A DNA stretch of 55,269 nt, from NCBI GenBank assembly GCA_031411295.1, contig JANOAV010000164.1, forward strand, positions 1 to 55,269, read 5' to 3'. Positions 38,906-49,577 of the stretch are shown piece after piece. Below the pieces are notes generated by a model. It saw only the letters and a program-made list of their open reading frames with translations. It searched no databases and was not told the DNA's origin. The first letter of the stretch is position 1. Each line of letters begins with the position of its first letter. This stretch comes from Verrucomicrobiales bacterium. Its GTDB lineage: Bacteria; Verrucomicrobiota; Verrucomicrobiia; Verrucomicrobiales; V1-33. The position numbers and the translations under genes were made by a program.

Positions 38906-41900
38906 AATTTCTCATCCATCTGCTATCATCGTTCGCTTTACTAACCCATTCATTTGGCGCTGAATTCGTCACCATTAATCGAAATCAACTCGATCCAGCG
39001 GCCTTTGCGCAATGGCTCGATGGGAGCGAAACTCCGATTGCCAAAACGAGCGCGAAGGAAGGGCCGGCCTCGGTGGTCTGGACCGCGCAGTCTCAGCCAG
39101 ATTGGCCGGGAGTGAAATTTGGCGAAGGTCGAGCCAACGGTGTGAGGCATCTGCGCATTGGCTTCACGGAGGCGATCCCGGTGGGCAGTGTCTTGGTGCG
39201 GGCCGGTGGCATCCTGAGTGTGCTGAAAGAAAATGCGGTCGGTAATCTGGCGGATGATTCCCAGTGGCTCACGGCAGAACGATTCGCGCAGGGTGCCATT
39301 TCCCAAGCGGCGGTTGGTCCTGAAGGCTACGCGCTGTGGAGCCTTCCGGCGGGAACGAAGACGCGCGCCTTGCGCTTCAGTCACACCCCTGCGCCAGGGG
39401 ATCGGGAAATGTCAGGATGGTTGGGCGGCGTATGGCTGGCGGAACAACGTTTCGCAAATATGGCACCTCAGGCCTTGGCGACATCGGTGGCACGTGATGA
39501 TGCTAGCGCGAAATTGATTGATGAGACGAATAATCGGCAGTGGGATACGTGGGACAATGGAGAGAGCGGAGCCGCCTTGCCAGTGACCGCGGAACATCCC
39601 GCTTTCATTACCCTGTCCTGGCCGCAGCCGGTGAGCTTGCAGGGGATTTGTTTGCTCTGGACTGGTTTTGCCGCCGTCGAAGTGGAGTCATTTCGCGGCC
39701 AGGACCCCAGCAAGCTGCGTGAAGCACCCGATACCGCTTGGATTAAGGTAGGCAGCCAGACCGAGATGGATGCACTTTACCCCATGGCACTCGGACCGCA
39801 TTGGATTCCATTTGCTAAAGCCACCACCACCCAAGCGTTGCGACTGCGCATCACGCAGGGTGCGAAATCGAATCACTCCCATTTGGCAGACAAGGTTAAA
39901 GCAGGCCGTCGCGTGTGGCTGGGAGAATTGCTGGCGTTGGCTCCTGTAACTGACACGGCATGGCTCGCGAGTCTGATTCTGCCGAAGGCGACGGAGCTTC
40001 CGCCACCCATTCCAGTCAAATTCACCATCCCTGAAGCTGGGTTAGTCACCTTAGTGATTGAGGACGCAGCCCATCAGAGGGTGCGCAATTTGGTCAGCGA
40101 AACTCCCTTTCCCGCAGGAGAAAATATCGCCTGGTGGGACGGCAGCGATGATCTGCTGCGCGATCCCGCGGCTGCCAGCCACGGCGTTTACCATATCCCC
40201 ACGCGCCCCGTAGCCCCTGGAACCTATACGGTGCGCGGTCTCTGGCATCGGCCGCTCACCTTGCATTACGAGTTCAGCATCTACAATGCCGGCAAGCCAG
40301 CTTGGGAGACCGCCGATAAAACCGGTTGCTGGCTAACAACGCATACTCCACCCACGAGCATGGCGGTAGTTCCGGGATCGCGCACGGCGGACGGTCAACC
40401 CCTCGTCTTCATGGGCGCGTTCGTGGCCGAAGGCGGGCATGGCTTGCAGTGGCTGCACGAGGATGGCACCAAGCTGGGAGGCCAGGGTTGGGTCGGAGGA
40501 AATTGGACCGGAGCCCCGACGCTGGCGGTGGACTTGGGATCGGCAGCCGTGCCAGATCACCTGTGCTATGTGGGTTCCGTGTGGGAGGGCGAACTGCGGC
40601 TCACGGCTAAAACCAAGACGCTCGGGGATCAACCAGTGCTCAAACTAAAACTAGGTGAGGAAATCGATCCGCACAAGAAATCCACCACGACTTCGCCTGC
40701 TCCTGCGGTGCTGGAGGATTTCGATGGGGGCGATAAAATCTTCGTGCTAGCGGGCATCGCTGCCCACGACGGACTGCTGGTCTGTGCGTTGAGGCGACAG
40801 GAAGAATTGTTGGTGGTGGATGTGAAGTCCGGAAAGATTACTGAGCGCCTGAAGTTAGCCAATCCGCGGGGGCTGTGTTTCGATGCTACTGGACGCTTGT
40901 TGGCGCTCAGCGGTAAATCATTGGTGCGGTATGAGAAATTGTCGGAGCCACCGCAAACCCTGATTGCATCAGGCTTGGAAGATCCACGGCATCTGGCGAT
41001 CAATGCCAGGAATGAGTTTCTCATCACCGATCGTGGCGCGTCCCATCAAGTAAAACTCTTTTCCCCAGCGGGAAAATTTCTTCGTGCGGTGGGCGAGGCT
41101 GGCAAGCCGCAATCCGGACCTTATAACCCGCAACATATGAACCACCCTAATGGTCTGGCCGTGGATTCGATTGGTCGCATTTGGGTGACGGAAGCGGACA
41201 ATTTCCCACGGCGGGTGTCGGTCTGGTCTGAGGCCGCCAAGCTGGTGCGGACCTTCTACGGCCCTACGGAATATGGAGGTGGGGGAGTGCTCGATCCTCA
41301 CGACCCCAGTAAGTTTTTCTACAAAGGAATGGAGTTCCGTCTGGATTGGAAATCTGGCAGCGATGAGTTAATCCGCGTCTTCTCGCGACCTGATCCATTG
41401 CTTGCCGGTCACTACGGAAATTTCTCCCCGGATACTCCGCTCTACCCCAATGGGGCCAAGGGGCCGCGTTACTTCACTAGCTGCTACACCCACAATCCGA
41501 CCAATGGAGATGACGTCGCCTTCCTCTGGCAGGACACAGCATCCAGCGCTCGCGTCGTGGCGGCATTGGGCGATGCTCATGCCTGGGGGGTCATGCGCAA
41601 CTCTGAGTTTCGCGAGCGGTGGCCGGCAGGATCGAAGCCAGCGGAGGAGAATCCTCCAGCCGAAGCTCATGCGACCTTTGCCTGGTCGGATCTGAACGCC
41701 GATGGCCGCCCCCAACCGGACGAAGTGACGTTTGCCGCTGGGGCTTGTCGAGGCGTAACCGTAATGCAGGATTTATCTTGTGTGGTGGCGCGTCGGGGGG
41801 ATGCCACGGTGAGATTTCCCGCAGAAATTACGAATGACAAGACGGTGCGGTATGATCTCAGCAAAGGTATGGTGCTGGGACCTGCGGGTGGTTCGCCCCC

Positions 41901-43218
41901 GTCCAGCGGTGGCAACCAAGCATTGACGGACCTGGGCGGCTGGACCGTGCACACCAACGCCGCGGCTCCGTTCTCGCCCTTCAGCCTAGGAGGCATGTTC
42001 CAGGGGGCACCTCGTTGGAGTTACCCCAGCCCGTGGCCGGGATTGCACGCCAGTCACGAAGCTGCGGTGCCGGATCGGCCGGGCATGGTGGTGGGCCATA
42101 CGCGATTGCTAGGCGGCTGGGTCCAGGGCAAGGCTGGTCCCATGTTCTGTGTGAACGGCAATATGGGAAATATGTATTTATTCACCGCCGATGGTCTCTT
42201 TGTCAGCACCCTCTTCAATGACATCCGCCTGCGCCCCAACTGGGCCGCGCCTGTCGCCACGAGGAATATGGCGGTCACCGAGGTCTCGCTGCACGATGAA
42301 AATTTCTGGCCCAGCATCACGCAAACGGCTGATGGTAAGATGTTTCTGGTTGATGGAGGACGCACCAGTCTGGTCCGCGTCGATGGATTGGAGACCATCA
42401 CGACGTTGCCCGCGCATTCTTTGACCGTGACGGCAGATGATTTGCAAAAGGCGAGCGATTGGTTCGCGGTGGCTGAATCCAAGCGCCAACAGCAGCAGGG
42501 CAGCGGACTGCTGCGAATTCCTATCAAACAGATTCCGCCTGCGGTCGATGGCAAGCTAACAGATTGGCCCGAGACCACCGATTGGGCTTACATTGACCGT
42601 CGCGGCATCAAAGCAAATTTCAACAGCAACTCCAAGCCCTATGAAGTGAGTGCTGCGGTGGCGCTCAGTGCCACTCATTTATTTGCCGCCTGGCGCACGA
42701 CCGAGAAGGATCTACTCAACAATAGTGGGGAAACGTCCAATGCGCTATTCAAGCATGGGGGCTGCTTGGACGTGATGCTGGGCACCGATGCCGCGGCGGC
42801 AAACGACCGCGCTACTGCCACTGCAGGAGATCAACGCCTGCTCATCACCCAAGTTAAAGGGAAAACCAAAGCATTGCTCTATCGCGCGAAAGTTCCTGGC
42901 AGCAAGGATCCGGTGGCGTTCAGCAGTCCTTGGCGCAGCATCCACTTCGATGCAGTGGAGGATGTTAGTAATGACGTTCTTTTGGCCACAGATGGGGCGG
43001 GAAATTTTGAGATCAGCATCTCGTTAGCTGTCCTGCAGTGGAAGCCTCAAGCAGGCACCACCTATCGGGCGGATCTTGGGGTATTGCGGGGAGCAAACGG
43101 CCAGACCACGCAACGCGTGTATTGGACTAACAAGGCGACAGCGATCACCGCAGACGTCCCCAGCGAAGCAGAGTTGACACCGCGTCTGTGGGGCAAATGG
43201 CAGGTGATAGCGGAGTAG
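38902..43218 (+). CDS. Large secreted protein (FlgD-like Ig, NHL/beta-propeller, CBM9-like C-terminus)
   Basis: 'VTLVIED....VRNL...AG.N...WDG', 'PNGLAVDSIGRIWVTE', 'VDGKLTDW'. Confidence 0.75.
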   Translation: MKFLIHLLSSFALLTHSFGAEFVTINRNQLDPAAFAQWLDGSETPIAKTSAKEGPASVVWTAQSQPDWPGVKFGEGRANGVRHLRIGFTEAIPVGSVLVRAGGILSVLKENAVGNLADDSQWLTAERFAQGAISQAAVGPEGYALWSLPAGTKTRALRFSHTPAPGDREMSGWLGGVWLAEQRFANMAPQALATSVARDDASAKLIDETNNRQWDTWDNGESGAALPVTAEHPAFITLSWPQPVSLQGICLLWTGFAAVEVESFRGQDPSKLREAPDTAWIKVGSQTEMDALYPMALGPHWIPFAKATTTQALRLRITQGAKSNHSHLADKVKAGRRVWLGELLALAPVTDTAWLASLILPKATELPPPIPVKFTIPEAGLVTLVIEDAAHQRVRNLVSETPFPAGENIAWWDGSDDLLRDPAAASHGVYHIPTRPVAPGTYTVRGLWHRPLTLHYEFSIYNAGKPAWETADKTGCWLTTHTPPTSMAVVPGSRTADGQPLVFMGAFVAEGGHGLQWLHEDGTKLGGQGWVGGNWTGAPTLAVDLGSAAVPDHLCYVGSVWEGELRLTAKTKTLGDQPVLKLKLGEEIDPHKKSTTTSPAPAVLEDFDGGDKIFVLAGIAAHDGLLVCALRRQEELLVVDVKSGKITERLKLANPRGLCFDATGRLLALSGKSLVRYEKLSEPPQTLIASGLEDPRHLAINARNEFLITDRGASHQVKLFSPAGKFLRAVGEAGKPQSGPYNPQHMNHPNGLAVDSIGRIWVTEADNFPRRVSVWSEAAKLVRTFYGPTEYGGGGVLDPHDPSKFFYKGMEFRLDWKSGSDELIRVFSRPDPLLAGHYGNFSPDTPLYPNGAKGPRYFTSCYTHNPTNGDDVAFLWQDTASSARVVAALGDAHAWGVMRNSEFRERWPAGSKPAEENPPAEAHATFAWSDLNADGRPQPDEVTFAAGACRGVTVMQDLSCVVARRGDATVRFPAEITNDKTVRYDLSKGMVLGPAGGSPPSSGGNQALTDLGGWTVHTNAAAPFSPFSLGGMFQGAPRWSYPSPWPGLHASHEAAVPDRPGMVVGHTRLLGGWVQGKAGPMFCVNGNMGNMYLFTADGLFVSTLFNDIRLRPNWAAPVATRNMAVTEVSLHDENFWPSITQTADGKMFLVDGGRTSLVRVDGLETITTLPAHSLTVTADDLQKASDWFAVAESKRQQQQGSGLLRIPIKQIPPAVDGKLTDWPETTDWAYIDRRGIKANFNSNSKPYEVSAAVALSATHLFAAWRTTEKDLLNNSGETSNALFKHGGCLDVMLGTDAAAANDRATATAGDQRLLITQVKGKTKALLYRAKVPGSKDPVAFSSPWRSIHFDAVEDVSNDVLLATDGAGNFEISISLAVLQWKPQAGTTYRADLGVLRGANGQTTQRVYWTNKATAITADVPSEAELTPRLWGKWQVIAE

Positions 43219-43281
43219 CGCAAAAGCCTGGATTTAAGCTTGGCATCGTGTGCGGTATCCGGCACGATTAGGCATAGCATC

Positions 43282-46200
43282 ATGAAATCACTCTACCTTA
43301 GCGTTATCTTTGGCTGCCTCAGCGCGAGCGCCAGCGCGGCCCCAACGAATCTAGCTCCCAGCGGCACCGTAACGGGGTCCTCCCAAGCCTATGGTTCCGT
43401 GTTTAAGGACGCCACGGACGACAATCGGGATGGCAACTTTTATAGCGCGGCGGGTTCGGTTTGGCACACGAACGCGCCTGATAATGCCGCCTATCTGGAG
43501 GTGGATTTGGGGGCGAATTTTTATCTGGATCGCGTGCAACTCTGGCCGCGCACAGATGCGGTGCAGGGAACCGTGAAAAATTTCACGATCCAAGTGAAAA
43601 ATGCCGCAGACGTGGTGGTGTGGACTGGAGACTATTGGCCGACCGCAGCCGTTGGTTGGGCCTGGGGCACCAGTGCCCTGCGCGGCGTGCAGGGACGGAA
43701 GGTGCGGCTCTTGAGAAAGGATGCCACGCCGAATTTCTTAACCTTTGCGGAAATGGAAGTGCTGGGCACCGTGAATCCTCCCACCATCAATTATGCGCGT
43801 GCGCCCGGAGTCGTCACCACGGCCTCAGCCGCAGGGTTTGGCACCACGACCGGTTCCGTGGTGGATGGAGATTTGAATGCCAGTTACGCCACTCCGGCAT
43901 CGCCCCGCGCCATTTACCATTCCTCAGCCGTGGCCGTGGGTAATTTTTATCAAATCGATCTTGGACAGACGCGGGCGATCGATTACGTCACGCTCTACGC
44001 GCGCCAGGATTCCGCCACGACGGGCGATGTGAAGCTGAGCTTCCGGGATGCCGCCAACAATGAGATCCACAGCGCCACCGTGAATCTGCTCAATAGCAAT
44101 CTGGTGAAGAACGGGGCGCGCTACGATGTCACCTATGATGCCCCAGCCATCATCAACGCGCGAACCCTGCGCATCGAGACTGTGGCGGCCCAATTTCTGG
44201 CATTGGCTGAAGTGGAAATCTTTGGCGAATCCGCCGATATTACTCCTCCATTGCTGGCCCGCCGCTATCCTACGGATGGAGCCCTGGTGGCGGAACTAAC
44301 AACGATGGATCTTGAGTTCAACGAAGCGGTCACTGGGATCAATGCCAGCGATCTGCTGATTAATGGCGTTGCGGCCACCGGTATGACTAGCATTTCAGGA
44401 GCCAAGTATCTCGCGACCTTCGCCCAGCCTGCGAACGGCCAGGTAAACTTCGCGTTCGCCCCCGGTCATGGGATTACGGACCCGACTGGGAATGGGTTTG
44501 CGGGCGCGAGTTGGTCGCTAACGTTAAATACCGCCCTGCCTGCGCCTCAGCCATTCATTTCCGAAGTCATGGCCGACAACAAGGGCGGCCTGCGCGATGA
44601 GGATGATGCGTCACCTGACTGGATTGAGCTGTATAACCCCGGCCCCACGGCCTTGAATTTGGGAAATTGGTATTTATCTGATGAGGCCACGAACCTCGTG
44701 AAATGGAGGCTTCCCAGCCCCTCCATCCTCGAAGCAGGAGAGTTTCTCATCGTCTTTGCCTCCTCCAAAAATCGTGCCGTGTCCGGCCTGCCGTTGCATA
44801 CCAATTTCAAACTCGATCAAGATGGCGATTCAGTTATTCTGGTGAAGCCAGATGGCGTCACCATTGCCAGCCAGATCCTGAATTTTCCGAAGCAGGAACC
44901 GAACGTCAGCTTTGGGAGATCCCAAGTCTTCTCCCCGCAACCCCTGTTGGCAGCGGGATCCAGCGCCAAGGTCTTGGTCCCAACTGGCCCTGTTAGTAAC
45001 TGGGCTGAACGGAGTTTCGATGACTCGGGGTGGACTGCTGCTACGTTGGGCGTGGGCTTCGATCAGAGCAACGGACTTGGCGCAGCGGGCCCGCTGGGTT
45101 GGTGGAATTTCAACGATGCCTCCGCACCCGCCACCGCGTTGGATGTGTCTGGAAATGCCCGCCATGGGACGGTAACCAATGCGCTCTATTCGGCGGATGC
45201 CGAAGGCCGCACAGGCGCGGCGGGAGATCGCTCCATGGTTTTTGCGGGCAATGGGGTGGTGAATATTCCCGCCGCCGCCACGGGGGCATTTGATGCCATG
45301 AGCACGCGGGATGCCCTGACAATTTCACTCTGGATCTATGGGGCGGCCAATGCTCCGGTGCAGAATTTTGCTTTCTATGGCTCGTCCGATCCCGGTGGTG
45401 CGGGCACGCGCATTCTCAATGCGCACCTGCCCTGGAGCGATTCTGTCATTTACTGGGACACGGCTAATTGCTGTGATCCATCACAGCATCGGGTCTCCAT
45501 TGGGGAGCCGGATTCTTCCAAATGGAAAGGCCAATGGAATCACTATGCCTTCGTCAAGAATCGCGATGTAAAACAGATCTGGCAAAATGGGCTACTGCTC
45601 TTGGAAGCGACGAACACAGCAGATCTGCCACCGTTCCGCAGTTTCTTAATCGGAGCGCAAACTACGGGTGGCGGCACTGGTTATGCCGGTCGCATGGATG
45701 ACTTCGCCATGTGGGACGGTGCCCTCACGGACGGGCAGATTGCGGCTTTAGCCAATGGGGCCTCGCCTGCCTCCCTGCGAGTGCTCACCCCGCTAATTAA
45801 TAGTGACATCGCAGCCCAGATGCGGGGTAGCAACGCTTCGGTGTATGTGCGGGTTCCTTTCCAAGTGGTGGATCCTAACTCAGCGGATTTGCTGAAACTG
45901 CGGGTGCGCTATGATGACGGCTTTGTGGCTTACCTCAACGGAGTGGAGGTAACTCGACGTAACGCGCCAACCGCCACGAACGCGACCTCCAGTGCGGCTT
46001 CGGCTCGACTCAGTGGAACGCCGTTTGTGGCAGAGGAAATCGACCTTTCCCGTTTCGCCTCACTACTTGTTGCCGGCACCAACGTGCTGGCATTTCAGGG
46101 GCTGAACGCCACCGTAAATGACGCTCAATTTTTATTGCTGCCGGAACTCTATGTGGGCACTTCCACTGCGGCACGATTTTTCCCAACGAGCACGCCCGGA

Positions 46201-48564
46201 GCAGCCAATGGGGCCGGATACACGGGCTTCGTCAACGATGTGAAATTCACTCCGCAGCGGGGATTTTATTCCGCTCCTGTGGCCGTTACATTGACTTGCT
46301 CCACTCCCGGAGTCACCATCGTTTACACGACCGATGGCAGCACGCCCACGCTCAGCAATGGCACCTCCAGCGTTTCCCCGACGGTGGTAAATATCACTGG
46401 CACCACCAATCTGCGGGCCACCGCATTTGCCGGAACGCTGGCTCCCACGAACGTTGATACCCATACCTATTTATTTGTCAGTCAAGTCGCTGCGCAACAA
46501 CGCCCAGCCTCTGCACCCACGGTGTGGCCGGGAAACTATGCAGCCGATTTCACCATGGACCCTCGCGTGCCTGGAGTTGCGCCAGCCTCGGGCTCTGCAC
46601 TCACGGATGCCTTGTTGGCAATGCCTTCCTTATGTCTCACGTGTCCGCCCGCAGATCTTTGGGGTGCCGATGGAATTTACACCGTGTCCAGCGGCCGGGG
46701 GCGGGCCTACGAACGCGTCAGCAGCGCTGAATGGCTGGATCCAGCGCATCCCGAGACGTTTCATGTCAATGCCGGATTGCGGATCCACGGCAATATCAGT
46801 CGGAATAAAAACTTCACGCCGAAGCATGGTTTCGGGCTGCGTTTCCGGGGCGAATATGGCACCACGCGTTTAAACTTTCCGTTGTTTCCCGATTCCAAGG
46901 TCACCAGCTTCGATGAACTGGTGCTGCGGGCAGGCTCCACTGATACCTTCCCCTGCACCGAGTGGGCACCCGTTGGGCTCGGTCTCAACGGGGAATCCTA
47001 TCAACGTTGGAATCGCGACTGGGCCAGTTACCTGCGTGATCAATGGTCGCGCGATGCGCATCTGGCCATGGGGCAGGCGGACTTCCATGGGCGCTACTGT
47101 CATTTGTATCTCAATGGTCTCTATTGGGGCATCTACAACGTAACCGAAAGCCCTGGTGCGCCCTACATGGCGGATCATCTGGGGGGCGATGAAACGGAGT
47201 GGGACACCGTGGCGGACTTCAGCGAGTTGCATGAAGGAGATCGCACCGCCTGGGATCAACTGCTGGCGATGGCCAACTCTGGACAACTGGACACCGATGC
47301 TGGCTTGCGAGCCGTGCAGGGGTTGAATGCAGATGGCTCCCCCAGCGCCACGCTGCCGAAATTATTGCAAGTGGACAGCCTCATCGACTACATGATTCTG
47401 AGCGTTTACATCGGATCGGATGATTGGCCGAATCATAACTGGTGGGGAGCACGTCGCTCTCGGAGTGCGGAGAATGATGGCTTCCATTTCTTTTTGTGGG
47501 ATCAGGAAATTTCCAATGAGAATACGTTGTATGGCAAGAGTTCCTGGGGTGTCATTTACGCCGAAGCTAATGCCGATGGCACGCCGACGCGCATTTACAG
47601 CCGACTGCGAAACACCTCGGAGTTCCGCGCGCGTTTTGCGGATCGGATCCAGCGCCATTTATTCAACACCGGAGCCCTAACGCAGTCGAAAAATGTGGCC
47701 CGCTGGAATAGCCGGGCGAGCGAAATCGACCAAGCCATCGTGGCCGAAAGTAGCCGTTGGGGAGATGCCCAGGTCAACAATACGCTGCCCGGCCAGCCCT
47801 ACACCAGGGAGAACACGTGGTTGCCGCATCTGGCTTGGATGAACACCAACTACTGGCCCAACATCCCGGCCACCGCCCTGCAACGTTTTCGCACCGCCAA
47901 TTTGTATCCTGCCATCGACGCTCCTGGTTTCAGTCAATTTGGAGGATTGGTGCCACCGACCTTTTCCCTAACGCTCACAAATCCGAACGCCACAGGCGAT
48001 ATTATTTACACTGCCGATGGAACCGATCCCCGAGTCTGGGGCGGAGCCCAGGCTGCGAGTGCGCTGACCTACAGCGCCAGTTTGACGCTGCCGGCTAATG
48101 TATGGATCAAGTCCCGCATCAAACAAGGCACCACTTGGTCTGCGCTCACGGAAGCGTATTTCCCACTGAACCTGGATCTCGACAATGACGGCATGGCCGA
48201 CGCCTGGGAGGTGGCTCACGGGCTTTCCCCCGCCAATGCTGCCGATGCGCTCTTGGACTCGGATAGCGATGGTCAGACCAATCTCCAAGAATACGCTGCC
48301 AACACCGATCCTCGAAATGGAGCCAGCACCTTCCTACCCCAAAACCCCAGCTACAATTCGACCACCGGAGTCGTGTCCCTGGAATTCGAACTGGCGCCCA
48401 ATCGCACCTATACCCTGAACCGTAGCGACGACTTGGCCACTTGGACCACCAAAGCCACCTGGGCCCCGGAGTCGCAAGCCCGCACCGTCATTTACACCGA
48501 AACGCCCGAGCAAGCCCGGCACTTCTACAAACTCACCGTCAGTGCCCCACCTGTGAATCCTTAA
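43282..48564 (+). CDS. Secreted multidomain CotH-kinase-family protein (discoidin-like, lamin tail, LamG, Fn3-like)
   Basis: 'ISEVMADN...DWIELYN' (LTD), 'YLNGLYWGIY...E', 'DWP.HNW', 'WDQE' (CotH), 'DLDNDGMADAWE'. Start ATG 43282. Confidence 0.85.
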   Translation: MKSLYLSVIFGCLSASASAAPTNLAPSGTVTGSSQAYGSVFKDATDDNRDGNFYSAAGSVWHTNAPDNAAYLEVDLGANFYLDRVQLWPRTDAVQGTVKNFTIQVKNAADVVVWTGDYWPTAAVGWAWGTSALRGVQGRKVRLLRKDATPNFLTFAEMEVLGTVNPPTINYARAPGVVTTASAAGFGTTTGSVVDGDLNASYATPASPRAIYHSSAVAVGNFYQIDLGQTRAIDYVTLYARQDSATTGDVKLSFRDAANNEIHSATVNLLNSNLVKNGARYDVTYDAPAIINARTLRIETVAAQFLALAEVEIFGESADITPPLLARRYPTDGALVAELTTMDLEFNEAVTGINASDLLINGVAATGMTSISGAKYLATFAQPANGQVNFAFAPGHGITDPTGNGFAGASWSLTLNTALPAPQPFISEVMADNKGGLRDEDDASPDWIELYNPGPTALNLGNWYLSDEATNLVKWRLPSPSILEAGEFLIVFASSKNRAVSGLPLHTNFKLDQDGDSVILVKPDGVTIASQILNFPKQEPNVSFGRSQVFSPQPLLAAGSSAKVLVPTGPVSNWAERSFDDSGWTAATLGVGFDQSNGLGAAGPLGWWNFNDASAPATALDVSGNARHGTVTNALYSADAEGRTGAAGDRSMVFAGNGVVNIPAAATGAFDAMSTRDALTISLWIYGAANAPVQNFAFYGSSDPGGAGTRILNAHLPWSDSVIYWDTANCCDPSQHRVSIGEPDSSKWKGQWNHYAFVKNRDVKQIWQNGLLLLEATNTADLPPFRSFLIGAQTTGGGTGYAGRMDDFAMWDGALTDGQIAALANGASPASLRVLTPLINSDIAAQMRGSNASVYVRVPFQVVDPNSADLLKLRVRYDDGFVAYLNGVEVTRRNAPTATNATSSAASARLSGTPFVAEEIDLSRFASLLVAGTNVLAFQGLNATVNDAQFLLLPELYVGTSTAARFFPTSTPGAANGAGYTGFVNDVKFTPQRGFYSAPVAVTLTCSTPGVTIVYTTDGSTPTLSNGTSSVSPTVVNITGTTNLRATAFAGTLAPTNVDTHTYLFVSQVAAQQRPASAPTVWPGNYAADFTMDPRVPGVAPASGSALTDALLAMPSLCLTCPPADLWGADGIYTVSSGRGRAYERVSSAEWLDPAHPETFHVNAGLRIHGNISRNKNFTPKHGFGLRFRGEYGTTRLNFPLFPDSKVTSFDELVLRAGSTDTFPCTEWAPVGLGLNGESYQRWNRDWASYLRDQWSRDAHLAMGQADFHGRYCHLYLNGLYWGIYNVTESPGAPYMADHLGGDETEWDTVADFSELHEGDRTAWDQLLAMANSGQLDTDAGLRAVQGLNADGSPSATLPKLLQVDSLIDYMILSVYIGSDDWPNHNWWGARRSRSAENDGFHFFLWDQEISNENTLYGKSSWGVIYAEANADGTPTRIYSRLRNTSEFRARFADRIQRHLFNTGALTQSKNVARWNSRASEIDQAIVAESSRWGDAQVNNTLPGQPYTRENTWLPHLAWMNTNYWPNIPATALQRFRTANLYPAIDAPGFSQFGGLVPPTFSLTLTNPNATGDIIYTADGTDPRVWGGAQAASALTYSASLTLPANVWIKSRIKQGTTWSALTEAYFPLNLDLDNDGMADAWEVAHGLSPANAADALLDSDSDGQTNLQEYAANTDPRNGASTFLPQNPSYNSTTGVVSLEFELAPNRTYTLNRSDDLATWTTKATWAPESQARTVIYTETPEQARHFYKLTVSAPPVNP

Positions 48565-48755
48565 GTCGTGCCTCACGGAGACGAACCCCAACTTGAGGTC
48601 ATCCCTCTAAGACTGGCCCGTTTTTCTTTCACCCCACAGAAATGAGCTGTCTTCTCCAGTTGCCGCCGCAACCTTCTTCGAATCGGCGTGACGATTACAC
48701 AAAAACGCCTAACGTTTTGCCTTCTTGGACTGATCAAACGCTTGCATTGTTGCAG

Positions 48756-49310
48756 CTAGGCTCCGGAATCCTCTACCAAAAAATGCTGTGTGGTGCCTGA
48801 TAAATTATAAAAACGTTTATCTTTCCTCGCGATAGCTAAACGGAAAACCGCGTTAGGAAAAAGTTTTGCCAGCAAACCTGGGTCACCATTTGCCGATTCA
48901 GAGTAAATCCAAATCCCTCGAAATTCTACGTTCGCAGCAATTGAAAAGGGTCCGGAAACCCCAGCCTCGTCCTCCACTGTTCCGCTCGCTTTGAGATCAA
49001 AACCAGGAGTATCTGGCCCAAACCGGTCACGCTGTAATGTGCAGTCGAGCGAATCGATGAATGTAAAATTACCATAAAAACTGGCCCAGCAATCATCCGA
49101 GAACGGTATCTTACAGGAAAACGTCGCGGCAAACGGGTCGAGCTCCGCTCGAAATTGAGTGATGCCAAACCCAGGAAGCATACTGCAAATCGGTTGAGGG
49201 ATTTCTTCTCCTGCAACTACTATTTCCCAAGACATATCACTGCGAAAATGCCCTATCAACCAGGTTTCACGGACGCGCGTGCTTATGTGGTGTATGTCAA
49301 CATGTTGCAT
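48756..49310 (-). CDS. Hypothetical protein (lower GC, accessory)
   Basis: Open frame with no recognised motif. Start uncertain (49310 or 49427). Confidence 0.45.
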   Translation of the reverse strand: MQHVDIHHISTRVRETWLIGHFRSDMSWEIVVAGEEIPQPICSMLPGFGITQFRAELDPFAATFSCKIPFSDDCWASFYGNFTFIDSLDCTLQRDRFGPDTPGFDLKASGTVEDEAGVSGPFSIAANVEFRGIWIYSESANGDPGLLAKLFPNAVFRLAIARKDKRFYNLSGTTQHFLVEDSGA

Positions 49311-49446
49311 TTTATTACTATTTATAGTATGAATATATTCTGCCGTTTCGCAGGAGGGGTGGGGCAGAAGGTGTCTGCTCCATCTTAGGATCACATAATT
49401 CTTCAGCGACCTTTTTACTTGGCGCAATCATTCTTTCAGAGGTATA

Positions 49447-49497
49447 AAGGCAAGACGGGCCAGGCTCAATACACACTTGCGTAGATTGAATTTCCAC
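49447..49497 (+). repeat. Diverged copy of the 52-bp AAGGCAAGACG[A/G]GCCA unit
   Basis: AAGGCAAGACGGGCCAGGCTCAATACACACTTGCGTAGATTGAATTTCC aligns to the units at 54609-54712. Confidence 0.75.
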
Positions 49498-49577
49498 GAT
49501 GTTCATAAATTTTGGCTTTTGGTTGGCTTTGTTTCCTTCCTTTCCTTCTGTTGAAAAGCAACTTGGTGGCCGATGCA